A stretch of 45,103 bases of DNA from Candidatus Helarchaeota archaeon (GTDB lineage Archaea > Asgardarchaeota > Lokiarchaeia > Helarchaeales > RDOG01), in the NCBI GenBank assembly GCA_029838215.1, contig JALGVI010000015.1, forward strand, positions 1 to 45,103. Direction: 5' to 3'. Under the pieces are notes generated by a model. The model saw only the letters and a list, made by a program, of their open reading frames with translations, was not told the DNA's origin and made no database searches. Each line of letters starts with the position of its first letter. Positions within the stretch are counted from its first letter, which is position 1. Both the position numbers and the translations under genes were made by a program. This document shows positions 8,878-18,392 of this stretch, one piece after another.

Positions 8878-9357
8878 TTATTTTACTTCAAAACCTCCGG
8901 GCATAACTACCACGCCAACTTCTGAAATGCAAGCGACTTTTCCTTTCTTGGATTCATCCTTGCTATCAGCAATTTCAGTTTTAGTTTCAAGCGTGATGAG
9001 CAACATGCCGTTCTTTTTGACTTCCATGTTTTTGATAGTTGGAGTAGTTTTTAATTTATCACCATCTTTGATGGGTGGAGCTCCTTTAGGAAATGTATAA
9101 CCCTGACCACCGTGCAAGATTTTAAGAGGATTCGTGATTATTTTTGAACCATCAGGATTTTTTGCACCGGTAACGCCCATCAGAGCGGGAAGCACGTATG
9201 CGTTTGCATATGCTGGATGCGCAATGGGATCATCTCCGAGGTATTCAGGTTGTTTCACTTGAATCGATTCAGCGAATGCGGCTAACTTTTTTGCCTTTAC
9301 TTTGAATTTTGAGGGCTTCAAAGTTTGTCCAATTAAGTTACTAAAATCAGGACTCAT
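8878..9357 (-). CDS. MaoC_dehydrat_N / HadA-like hot-dog partner subunit
   Basis: LAAFAESI, IAHPAY, ILHGGQGYTF and PIKDGD motifs typical of the non-catalytic hot-dog half. Confidence 0.75.
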   Translation of the reverse strand: MSPDFSNLIGQTLKPSKFKVKAKKLAAFAESIQVKQPEYLGDDPIAHPAYANAYVLPALMGVTGAKNPDGSKIITNPLKILHGGQGYTFPKGAPPIKDGDKLKTTPTIKNMEVKKNGMLLITLETKTEIADSKDESKKGKVACISEVGVVVMPGGFEVK

Positions 9358-9512
9358 TTTTAATCAACTCATTTAATCCCTTTTTTTCGATTATTTAGGA
9401 AAATTTATCCTCTTGTTTTCGATAAAAAGTTTACTTAAATTTTTTTTTGTCGCATGATTTACATTGAGATCAAGACAAAATTATAAATAAACGAAAGAAT
9501 AATAGCTCTTTC

Positions 9513-10193
9513 ATGGAAGAATTTAACGTGAAATTAGAGAATTCATTAATCATCTCTGGTTCGGATGCGTTGTTAATTGTTGATGTTCAAAATGATTTCA
9601 CCCCTGGGGGAGCCCTTCCAGTTAATGAAGGTGATCAAATCATCCCTGGAATTAATCAATTAGCAACTAAATTCAAGAAGAGAGAAACACTCATAGTCCT
9701 GACACAGGATTGGCACCCAGATGGTCATCATTCCTTTGCTTCGGTCCATGACGGTAAAAATCCGTTCGATCCATTTGATGGAGAGGGATTAGGGCCCGTT
9801 TTATGGCCAGATCATTGTATTCAAGGAAGTCTTGGTGCAGAATTTCATGACGATTTGGATACGACGTTTGCCACGCTTATCATTCGGAAAGGTTTTCACC
9901 GAGAGATTGATAGTTATTCGATATTTCTTGAGAATGATAAAAAAACGGAGACGGGTTTAGCGGGTTATTTAAAATCAAAAGGGATAAAGAGAGTATTTCT
10001 GACAGGATTAGCCTTGGACTTTTGCGTGTATTACTCGGCTATTGATGCACGATCATTTGGATTCGAAACTTACGTGGTTCTTGATTTGACGAGAGGAATC
10101 GACAATCCAGAAGGGAACGTCCTAAAGGCAATTCGAGACATGGAACAGAAAGGAGTTAGATTCGTAAAAAGCCCTGCATTTCAGACGGGTTAA
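9513..10193 (+). CDS. pncA: Nicotinamidase/pyrazinamidase
   Basis: ALLIVDVQNDF, TQDWHP, LWPDHCIQG, IRKG..EIDSYS, GLALDFCV. Confidence 0.93.
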   Translation: MEEFNVKLENSLIISGSDALLIVDVQNDFTPGGALPVNEGDQIIPGINQLATKFKKRETLIVLTQDWHPDGHHSFASVHDGKNPFDPFDGEGLGPVLWPDHCIQGSLGAEFHDDLDTTFATLIIRKGFHREIDSYSIFLENDKKTETGLAGYLKSKGIKRVFLTGLALDFCVYYSAIDARSFGFETYVVLDLTRGIDNPEGNVLKAIRDMEQKGVRFVKSPAFQTG

Positions 10194-11851
10194 AGCAAAC
10201 CGTTTAGTTCCAGCTCGAAAATTGCCACGGGATTTTCGATGCCAAAATTTAATAGAACTGGGACGATAATTTCGCCAATAATTCCAATTTGATTCTTGCC
10301 GAGATTTATACTCGCCGTGCGTCCTGGAATGAAGCTGGGATGAGTAGTGGGCTTGAGGTTAAAATTTTTAACTTGTAATAAGTCCATCAGTCCTTGTAGT
10401 ATTGATTGAATGTTTTCAAATGAAACAGAGTAAGCTGTTATCGCTGTGCATAGGTGTCTTTTAACCATTGTTTTTGTTTCGGCTTTTTCATCAATGAGAC
10501 TCACGTCACCAGTTTCAAAGCACGTTTGTGGATAAGCGGCGTGAAGATTTTGACCCAAAAAGTCGAGCATTCCTGGGAGAAGAGAATCCCGCAAGATCGA
10601 GTAAGTGCTTACGACGGGATTTGCAATTTCGATGACTTCTTTTTCAGGCATATTCATTCTTGCTTGTAGGTTGTCCTTATTGGTGAGTTGATAATTTATT
10701 ATTTCTTGATAACCATAACCGATCATTAGTTCCCTGATCTTTCTCGTGAATGTTTCAAGTGGTTGTTCTTTTCCAATGGTAAGGACCCTAGGGAGTTCGG
10801 GTTTGAACACGTTATAGCCATATGCAACGGCAATATCTTCAACGAGATCTATCTCGTGAATGAAATCAGCCCTGTATGCAGGAGTCAAGACTTCCAGCGT
10901 GTTCTTATCCTTGACAATTACATCCATCCTCATCTTTTTTATGAGATCTTCAAGCTGTTTCATTTTTAGATTTAAGCCAAGAATTCGATTTACATAATCA
11001 AGGTGTAACGTTTTTGGAATAGGTGCAAGGTCAGGTAAGACTTCCACTCTTCCATCAGCGTATCGGATTTCTACCGATTTTATTTGTCCTTTTCTCTCTG
11101 CAATATTAGTTACCAATGCATTCAGGGCGATTCGTGCCACGCGTTCATCCAAGCAAGTGATATCAAAGAATAAATTTGTAGTATCGGGTTCAACGGTCGT
11201 GTCGTCCGAATTTATGATGGGAGGAAGTGAGAGAACGGTATCTTCTGAGTCCACGAGAAGAGGGTATACTGGAGAATTTTCGATTAAGTGAGCATAGTCT
11301 CTTCCTTTTTCTACTTTTTGTAGGATTTGATGACCATCCATTGCCTTGATCTCATGTAGTGGAACAAAGTATATATCTTCAGGTCGCCGTGCCGTATAAG
11401 TTATGGGAGGTTTGATCTTATCTAGATCATGCAAGCCAATTGAAGCTTTACGTCTATTACGAGAATGTGTCATGTGTAATTTTTCTTGACATTGCATGAC
11501 TTGAGCCACACCCGCATCCGAGAGCTCGACATTCTCTACAATACCACTCACGATGAATGGTCGGATTTGATTAACGACAGGATCGATATTTACAATTACG
11601 TTCGATTTTTCAACATTATATTTCGGAAGTCCTGCTTCAATTCCCAAAACACCTTTTAGAGCTCGAGCAATGCCTTCCGTAGCCAAAAGGTCCACGCGAT
11701 CGCTTTCGATTTCGACTTCCATTTCGTCATCATCATTCCAGCGATCAACCTCTCCTTTATTAAGTAGGATGAGGTCTTCTATCTTCGGTTTAGGTATTTT
11801 TTTTCCGATTAATTGGCAGAGGTCAGAATATGATACTTTTATCGTTGGCAT
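10190..11851 (-). CDS. pheT: Phenylalanyl-tRNA synthetase beta subunit (archaeal type)
   Basis: MPTI, DRVDLL..EGIARALKG, QEKLH...RNRRKASIGLHD, VLSLPPIINS, PAYRADFIHEIDLVEDIAVAYGYN, LRDSLLPG. Confidence 0.96.
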   Translation of the reverse strand: MPTIKVSYSDLCQLIGKKIPKPKIEDLILLNKGEVDRWNDDDEMEVEIESDRVDLLATEGIARALKGVLGIEAGLPKYNVEKSNVIVNIDPVVNQIRPFIVSGIVENVELSDAGVAQVMQCQEKLHMTHSRNRRKASIGLHDLDKIKPPITYTARRPEDIYFVPLHEIKAMDGHQILQKVEKGRDYAHLIENSPVYPLLVDSEDTVLSLPPIINSDDTTVEPDTTNLFFDITCLDERVARIALNALVTNIAERKGQIKSVEIRYADGRVEVLPDLAPIPKTLHLDYVNRILGLNLKMKQLEDLIKKMRMDVIVKDKNTLEVLTPAYRADFIHEIDLVEDIAVAYGYNVFKPELPRVLTIGKEQPLETFTRKIRELMIGYGYQEIINYQLTNKDNLQARMNMPEKEVIEIANPVVSTYSILRDSLLPGMLDFLGQNLHAAYPQTCFETGDVSLIDEKAETKTMVKRHLCTAITAYSVSFENIQSILQGLMDLLQVKNFNLKPTTHPSFIPGRTASINLGKNQIGIIGEIIVPVLLNFGIENPVAIFELELNGLL

Positions 11852-12028
11852 TTTCTTCGAGCTCTTTTTGTTAGTTACGGGATTAATTTAGATGGAAGTT
11901 AAAATTCTTATTAAAATTTAAATTTATCGAGATTAAATCTTTTGCGAGAGAAAATAAATAAGCATCATCCACTAGAATTTAGAACAGCATGCACCCGCTC
12001 GTAAAAAATGAAAGTGAAGTTAGGAATT

Positions 12029-13093
12029 TTATTTGAAAATTCGATAAAATCCGACTTCAACAATGGTCGTGGAGAACTGTGCAATTTTTTCTAGAAGATT
12101 GAAGATGGATTCAATTAAATAAGGAATTTCATTAATCTCAAAAAATGTTTTAAATTCATTCCAATCTTTCACGCTGCGAAAAAATTCAGCGCCTTGCATT
12201 TGTAAATCGCGAACGACTTTCAACCGTGCCTTCATGATTTCCTTGACTTGATCAAATGCCGCATTACCGAGATCAAGCATTTCGTTGAAGAATGCTTTAA
12301 AAGAGTCCTTATAGATTCCAAATGTTTTCTTGAATGTTTCTATGCAAAAGTCATACGTCTCCTTGTAGGGCTCGATTGCGCCTTTTTTTAGATACGCCCC
12401 GACATTTTTCCCGATATCCCGCAAATTATCCGCTATTTTTTCGAGCACGTATAATATAGTATAAAGATTTACTGCTTCTAGATTGGTTAGACTTAGGTTA
12501 CCCATTATTCGAGGATGTGAAAGGGCATATCGAAGCAATTTAGTATGTAAAAAATAGAGGTAATCAACATCTCCATCTAAAGGAATAACAGAGCTTGCTT
12601 GATCCACGTTTTGTTTTATCAAGGCTTCAATAAGATCTTCAAACATAGAGATGATTATTGTATGGGCTTGATAAATTCCTTTCAAGACGTCAAGATGTAT
12701 GTTTTCGACGTCGTTTTGAATGACGATTTCTTTTGAGCTCGACTTGATGATTCGGCATCCATCGAGCTCGCGAAGTTTTTCTCGGATACTTCGTTGCTGT
12801 TCCGTGCTGAAAATAGTTCCTGATTTAATATGGATGGTAGGATATCCATTGAGATATGCCGCAATAATTTGACGTAGAACGTGTTTTGAGATCGTGTTTT
12901 CATCAATGTTGATGATTTTTTTCTTAGTGCCTTTTATGATTTTCTTTTTAGGATAGACTCCCAGCCCCCCATTTTCTTGGACTGAAAAAACGAGTTGATC
13001 CCCTTTTTCTAGATTATTTTGTTCCAGCCAATCTTTAGGGAGCGAGATCACGAATGATGATTTTCCAAGTGCAACAATTTTTCGGACTTCTAT
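12029..13093 (-). CDS. AbrB/SpoVT-PhoU phosphate-uptake regulator family protein; start uncertain
   Basis: EVRKIVALGKSSFVISLPKDW AbrB motif upstream of the ORF-track GTG (13051), RQIIAAYLNGY and PhoU-like helical repeats; in-frame ATA at 13093. Confidence 0.8.
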   Translation of the reverse strand: MEVRKIVALGKSSFVISLPKDWLEQNNLEKGDQLVFSVQENGGLGVYPKKKIIKGTKKKIINIDENTISKHVLRQIIAAYLNGYPTIHIKSGTIFSTEQQRSIREKLRELDGCRIIKSSSKEIVIQNDVENIHLDVLKGIYQAHTIIISMFEDLIEALIKQNVDQASSVIPLDGDVDYLYFLHTKLLRYALSHPRIMGNLSLTNLEAVNLYTILYVLEKIADNLRDIGKNVGAYLKKGAIEPYKETYDFCIETFKKTFGIYKDSFKAFFNEMLDLGNAAFDQVKEIMKARLKVVRDLQMQGAEFFRSVKDWNEFKTFFEINEIPYLIESIFNLLEKIAQFSTTIVEVGFYRIFK

Positions 13094-13119
13094 ATTCTTT
13101 TCCCCTCCATTTTATTCTT

Positions 13120-14124
13120 TCACCATTTACTCATGAATTCAGGAATTACGGTTTTTCCAATTTGTTTTATGGCTTTCGTGATATTGGGACCTAATGGTGA
13201 TCCACAAACCAACTGAGTGCAACCGGTACTCTGCAGAACTTCAATTTTTTCAATACAATCTTTTGGAGTTCCCGCTATGCAAAAAGCATCTAACATTTCG
13301 GGAGTAACTGCATCGATGGCTTTTTTGAACTTACCTTGTTTTAGAAAACCTTCAATATTCTTAGCTTGTTCAAGAGGGATTCCGTGTCTTTCCAATATTG
13401 GAGGAATACTTCCTCCAACGATGAATGCCACGACAATTTTTGCTGCATTCTGTGCTTTTTCGGGTTTATCGTGGATGCTGAACGAACAATATGCACAAAC
13501 ATCGAATTTTCTACGTTTGGGATCTCTCTTTTCCATTCCGATCTTGAAATTCACTTTAGCTTGCTCATAATCACGGGGATGACTGGCATTTATTAGAACG
13601 CCGTCAGCCATTTCGGCTGCTAATTGGGACATTTTAGGGCCTTGAGCAGCCATATATATTAACGGCTTATGTTTAACCTTAAAATGAAGCTTTGCTTTGG
13701 GAAGTTTGAAAACATCGCCATTATATTCCACGGTTTCGTCATTCCAGAGTCGGCGAATGATGTCTATGCTCTCTCGCATGCCTGTTAATGGTTTTTTCCG
13801 TTCGATTCCGAGATTTGCCAGGGTAATTTTATCTCCCGCTCCTAGTCCCAGAATTGTACGCCCGCCAGAAATTTCCGCGATCGTGGCAATAGATGAAGCA
13901 ATGACAGCCGGATTAATGTGGTAATAGTTGGTGACTCCAGTACCAATAATTATTTTTGAAGTGTATAGAGCGACTTGAGTTAGGGAAACAAATACGGAAC
14001 GGTTGGTGAAATGATCGGTAACCCAGACATTATCAAATCCTTCATTTTCAGCTAATTTCGAATAGTATGCCACGTCAAGTGTTTTTTCGGCAGGAACGAA
14101 CTCGATTCCAAACCTAAGTACCAC
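13120..14124 (-). CDS. mer: F420-dependent methylene-H4MPT reductase, copy 1
   Basis: FGIEFVP, WVTDHFTNR, IGTGVTN, LGLGAGD, AAQGPKM, DGVLINASHP, TQLVCGSPLGP. Confidence 0.88.
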   Translation of the reverse strand: MVLRFGIEFVPAEKTLDVAYYSKLAENEGFDNVWVTDHFTNRSVFVSLTQVALYTSKIIIGTGVTNYYHINPAVIASSIATIAEISGGRTILGLGAGDKITLANLGIERKKPLTGMRESIDIIRRLWNDETVEYNGDVFKLPKAKLHFKVKHKPLIYMAAQGPKMSQLAAEMADGVLINASHPRDYEQAKVNFKIGMEKRDPKRRKFDVCAYCSFSIHDKPEKAQNAAKIVVAFIVGGSIPPILERHGIPLEQAKNIEGFLKQGKFKKAIDAVTPEMLDAFCIAGTPKDCIEKIEVLQSTGCTQLVCGSPLGPNITKAIKQIGKTVIPEFMSKW

Positions 14125-14127
14125 GTT

Positions 14128-15135
14128 TCATTCCTCCTTCTTGAATGTCGGTATGATTTTCTTTCCGATTGTTTTAATTGCTCCAGTGATGTTTGGTCCA
14201 ATGGGAGTGCCACAAACGACTTGAGTAACTCCAGTTTTTAAGAGGGCTTCAATCTTGTCAATGCATTCATCCACATCCCCAATAATGGCAAATAGATCGA
14301 CCATTTCATCAGTTACAAGATCACGTGCTTCCAGGATTTTCCCTTGATCCATTAAATTCTGTATTTTCATTGCATTATCCATTGAGATTCCGTGTCGTTC
14401 CAAAACAGGAGGAATGCTTCCAGCAACAACATAAGCCACGGGAATTCTTGCGGCTTCCAATGCTTTTTCTCGATTTGAATGAGTTGAAAAAACCGTATAT
14501 GCTGCCAAATCAAAATTTGGAGGCGTGATACACCTTTCAGCTTTCTTTGAGGCTTTTTCAAGATGTTTTTTAGCAATCATGAAATCCTGCGGATGAGAGC
14601 CGTTTATGAGGACTCCTTCAGCAATTTCAGCTGCTAATTCAGTCATATTTGGTCCTTGTGCTGCCAAATAAATGGGTAGAATGTTCTGTACTTTGAAACC
14701 GAGTTTGGCCTTTGGAATGTTAAAAACATCACCTTCAAGAGTGACAGATTTGCCCGCCCATAATTGACGAATGATTAATACACTTTCACGCAAAGCGGCA
14801 ATGCTTTTCTCACGTTTGATACCGAGTTCGGCGAGAGTTGTCCGGTCTCCTGCGCCTATACCAAGTACTGTTCTTCCTCCGCTAATTTCATCAATTGTTG
14901 CAATTGAAGATGCGATTACGGCAGGATTAATGTGGTATGGATTGGTAACACCCGCGCCTATGGTAATCTTGTTCGTGTACAATGCCACGTGCGTTAGCGT
15001 TACGTAGACATTACGGTTGTTATAATGGTCAGTCACGAAAATTGTATCAAAACCAAGATCTTCGGCTATTCGTGAATAATAGGCGATATCCAGCGTTGAT
15101 ATATTAGGAGCAAATTCAATTCCGAATTTTACCAT
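14128..15135 (-). CDS. mer: F420-dependent methylene-H4MPT reductase-like, copy 2
   Basis: FGIEFAP, TDHYNNRN, GAGVTNPY, LGIGAGD, AAQGPNM, TQVVCGTPIGP; ATG at 15135 follows a GGAGAGG RBS. Confidence 0.82.
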   Translation of the reverse strand: MVKFGIEFAPNISTLDIAYYSRIAEDLGFDTIFVTDHYNNRNVYVTLTHVALYTNKITIGAGVTNPYHINPAVIASSIATIDEISGGRTVLGIGAGDRTTLAELGIKREKSIAALRESVLIIRQLWAGKSVTLEGDVFNIPKAKLGFKVQNILPIYLAAQGPNMTELAAEIAEGVLINGSHPQDFMIAKKHLEKASKKAERCITPPNFDLAAYTVFSTHSNREKALEAARIPVAYVVAGSIPPVLERHGISMDNAMKIQNLMDQGKILEARDLVTDEMVDLFAIIGDVDECIDKIEALLKTGVTQVVCGTPIGPNITGAIKTIGKKIIPTFKKEE

Positions 15136-15170
15136 GATTAATACCTCTCCCAATTTTTTTGATCATATTC

Positions 15171-15198
15171 ATATATACTTTTGACGAATCGTATATAT
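15171..15198. promoter_or_regulatory. Inverted repeat ATATATAC-N12-GTATATAT upstream of the mer pair
   Basis: 8-bp perfect inverted repeat read directly from the sequence. Confidence 0.4.
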
Positions 15199-15222
15199 TC
15201 TCGAATTGCAGTTGAAAAAAAA

Positions 15223-15543
15223 TTATTGCATTATCGGTAATTTAACCTTCAGCTCGGATTGAATTGCTTTCAATTCCGAGAATACCATTTGAAGTGAGAC
15301 AGTATCTGCAATGAGTGCCATGGTTTGTTCGGGTTCGCACATTAATCCCTGTTTTAGTAGGAGCTCAACACCGTAATCGGAGTCAAGCAAGTCATGATTC
15401 ATTAATCGAAAAGTCTGATTAACAATAGGCTGTGGGATTTTTGACTTATGATTTGATTCTAACACGACATCCAAGAGTTTTTCAACGAATTTTTCTCGTG
15501 CTTCATCAGGAATGTTTTTTATCAAATTTTTATATCCGCTCAT
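15223..15543 (-). CDS. Hypothetical helical protein, 106 aa
   Basis: Clean ORF co-oriented with mer; amphipathic helical pattern; no function recognised. Confidence 0.75.
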   Translation of the reverse strand: MSGYKNLIKNIPDEAREKFVEKLLDVVLESNHKSKIPQPIVNQTFRLMNHDLLDSDYGVELLLKQGLMCEPEQTMALIADTVSLQMVFSELKAIQSELKVKLPIMQ

Positions 15544-15569
15544 TTTCTATCATACCCCTTTGTATAGTC

Positions 15570-15600
15570 AAGAGATATATACAATTCAAATATATCTCTT
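15570..15600. promoter_or_regulatory. Perfect 11-bp inverted repeat AAGAGATATAT-N9-ATATATCTCTT
   Basis: Arms at 15570-15580 and 15590-15600, about 27 bp upstream of the 15543 start. Confidence 0.6.
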
Positions 15601-16058
15601 CAAACTCTCCAATATATTAATTTCGGAAGGAAACGGTAATTTTGTTCTAGAAAACGATCAATCTTTCTTACATCATAACCAATCTTAAGCATTGATATTC
15701 TACTTCAATCCGTTTTTGGGACGATTTGATTCAAACTATTCAAAAGTGAAGAATTATGTAAATGGGGGGTTTCCCATCATAAAGGGGCTTAAATAAAATA
15801 TTTTATCAAGATCACTAGGGATTTGAGGAGGTATATTGAAATAGAAAGAGGTTTTGGTGGTTTTATGGCTAAAGCGATTCTTTCAAGTAAATTCAAGAAT
15901 TTCTTATAATAAGAATATTAGATATAGAAATGAGATTAAAAGTTCATTTTTTTAATTGTAATTAGTACTACTATTGAGTGATTTCCTAAATCCGTCAGTA
16001 CTTTTTTGCTTTTTTCCGCACTTAATAAAAGTATACCGAAATATATACTAAATTCGGA

Positions 16059-16298
16059 TTACGCTGAAAGCTCTAATGCATAGATGTCAGTATGTTCTAG
16101 GTTCCCTTCAAGGTCATAACGGTTTAAATGGATGATAATTTTGCCAGAGTTTTTTCCATTTTTACCTTTTTCTATTAAGATTTTCTGATCTAATTCGAAT
16201 TCATGTTCAGGAGCTTCAGGTAGTGTGAAGTTTAGTTCTTTACTCAAGATTTTAGAAGTTTGATTTTCGAATAAACATTCCATAGCCATTGTAATCAC
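16059..16298 (-). CDS. Small hypothetical protein
   Basis: AGGTGA RBS inside the first codons suggests a real start at the second or third Met; protein-like composition. Confidence 0.6.
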   Translation of the reverse strand: MITMAMECLFENQTSKILSKELNFTLPEAPEHEFELDQKILIEKGKNGKNSGKIIIHLNRYDLEGNLEHTDIYALELSA

Positions 16299-16523
16299 CT
16301 TTCTAAGTGCATCAAAAGAATATAGGTTTTTAATATTTTTCTCAAAAAAGTATATACAAGTATATACGTTTAGATGTCGTTAAAACAAGAGAATTTTTCG
16401 ACAGGACCCCGTATTTAAAAGATGATTTTACATTCATATTCCGGAAAATGGAATAATGACTTGTTTGTTACAAAATCCTTGGTTGGAAACAAAACAATCG
16501 ATATTTAAAAAATAAAAAGAGAT

Positions 16524-17600
16524 TTATTTAACCACAGGATAGCTACCAAATATTTTAAGCATTGTAGATACCTGTTTTATATCTTCGAGTGCTTCGATGG
16601 TCATTTTATCTTCTTGATGTCCTTCAAAATCCGTTATGAATAAATATTCCCATGGAGTTGATTTTAATGGACGAGATTCAAGTTTAGTCAGATTAATTTT
16701 ACGATCTGAGAATGCTTTTAATGCTTTTAGCAATGCACCTGGTTCATGTTTTACTGTAAAAGCGATGGAGGTTTTGTCTTGACCGGTTTTAGGGGGTTGC
16801 TCTCTTCCAATTATGAAAAATCGCGTGAAGTTGTTTGAATAATCTTCAATGCCTCGACTCAATATAACCAAACCGTGAAGTTTTGCTGCAAGGTCAGTAC
16901 CAATGGCTGCTGCGTCTTGTTTCGTTTTGACAATTTCAACGGCTTTTACCGTGCTTTTCGTAGCCACCGTATTCGCAGATGGAAGCTGCTCGTTCAGGAA
17001 TTTGCGACATTGTGATAATGGTTGAGGATGACTATATACTTCTTTGATTTTGTCGAATGGGATGGATTTTGGAGCCAAAAGATTCTGAGTGATTTTTTGG
17101 ATGATTTCACCGCAGACTTTAATATCACTTTCAATTAGGAGATCCAATGTATCAGCAACAGTCCCAGTTGTTGTATTTTCGACGGGGACAATTCCAAATT
17201 CGGTTTCTTCATTGATAACAGCGCGAAACACTTCAGAAATTGCCTCACAAGGAATATAGCTCGCATTTTTTTCTTTATAATATTCTCGAGCCGCTTGTTC
17301 CGAGAATGTTCCTGGAGGGCCAAGATATGCTATCCGAATTTCTTTTCCTTGCAAGCGCCGACTGATCGAAAAGATTTGTTGATATATTTGATAAATATCT
17401 TCTTTTTTAAGACTTTCAAAGGGTTGATTTGAAATTAGCTTTAAAAGTTTGATTTCCCGATCTTTATCGAGAATTGCTTTTTGTCTGTTTTTCTTTATTT
17501 TACCGATCTCGTTTGCGATTTTCATGCGTGAGTCAAGCAAGGAAAAAATCTTGAGATCGATTTCTTCTATTTCCTTTCGTTTCTTTTCCAATTCAGACAT
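16524..17600 (-). CDS. pheA: Chorismate mutase/prephenate dehydratase
   Basis: N-terminal CM domain (RKEIEEID.KI..LL..R); AYLGPPGTFSEQAA, VPVENT, SHPQPLSQC, NFTRFF; ACT domain PGALLKAL...INLTKLESRP; start likely at 17600 rather than 17669. Confidence 0.95.
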   Translation of the reverse strand: MSELEKKRKEIEEIDLKIFSLLDSRMKIANEIGKIKKNRQKAILDKDREIKLLKLISNQPFESLKKEDIYQIYQQIFSISRRLQGKEIRIAYLGPPGTFSEQAAREYYKEKNASYIPCEAISEVFRAVINEETEFGIVPVENTTTGTVADTLDLLIESDIKVCGEIIQKITQNLLAPKSIPFDKIKEVYSHPQPLSQCRKFLNEQLPSANTVATKSTVKAVEIVKTKQDAAAIGTDLAAKLHGLVILSRGIEDYSNNFTRFFIIGREQPPKTGQDKTSIAFTVKHEPGALLKALKAFSDRKINLTKLESRPLKSTPWEYLFITDFEGHQEDKMTIEALEDIKQVSTMLKIFGSYPVVK

Positions 17601-17623
17601 GCTTATTTTCCTGTAGTATTTAT

Positions 17624-18331
17624 TTAAATGCCGCGAACAAGTTCCAATTCGCTTGCACAACGCGGGCATTTATTCTTACTTATTTGAGCCCATTGAAGGA
17701 TTTCATCTTCATGCGCGGCAGATCCACAATATTTGCACCGAACCAATTTCGGATCATCAAAGGGTATCATTTTATAGCAGATAATGCATTTAAGCTGCCG
17801 TTTTTCTTTCTCAAAGGGAAGGACCATGAGTTCCTTTTTCAGGGCATCATATTCTCCTATAATATCGCCATCAAAAATTGCATCATTGATGACCCGTTCT
17901 ATTAAGGACAAGTCAAGTCCGAGTTCTGACGAGATTTGATTTAAATTTACACGTGCGAATTCTCCCGTGTTGGTAATTATCCATTCAAGGATTTTGCTAC
18001 GACTGTTGAATAGAACAGACCCGGGTAATGATTGTTGTTCCATTGCATTAAGCGCAATGCTAACATTCATATCGATGAGAGGATCTTCATACCAACTTGC
18101 AGACATTAGCATTGGAAGGGCATCAATACCAAAGCTTCCGTCACTTTCGTTTAAAATTTTTCCGAGCAGTTCATATGCATCTCTCATGAGGTCAATATCA
18201 ACATCTTCATATTGGACGGTTTGACAAAGATTAGAAATTGCATTTCGGTAATCGCCAGCCTTTAAAAGGTCTCGGACGGTCTTCAAAATGTTTTTTACTT
18301 GCCTATTACTTTCCAAATCAACAAGCCCCAT
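17624..18331 (-). CDS. Helical N-terminus + PCI-type winged helix + C-terminal RING-like zinc finger
   Basis: FARVNLNQISSELGLDLSLIERVINDAIFDGDIIGEYD resembles a PCI winged helix; CIIC...CKYCGSAAHEDE..W...CPRC resembles a RING. Confidence 0.7.
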   Translation of the reverse strand: MGLVDLESNRQVKNILKTVRDLLKAGDYRNAISNLCQTVQYEDVDIDLMRDAYELLGKILNESDGSFGIDALPMLMSASWYEDPLIDMNVSIALNAMEQQSLPGSVLFNSRSKILEWIITNTGEFARVNLNQISSELGLDLSLIERVINDAIFDGDIIGEYDALKKELMVLPFEKEKRQLKCIICYKMIPFDDPKLVRCKYCGSAAHEDEILQWAQISKNKCPRCASELELVRGI

Positions 18332-18392
18332 TAATCTTTAGTGAATATTAAGAAATCTCAACGCGGCTTTTTAAAAATTTCGCTTTCACTTC

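Noticed and set aside
15600-16058. Long AT-rich intergenic region as a possible replication origin
   Set aside because: No recognisable ORB repeats (TCCA-N-TGGAAA with a G-string) and no cdc6/orc1 gene nearby.
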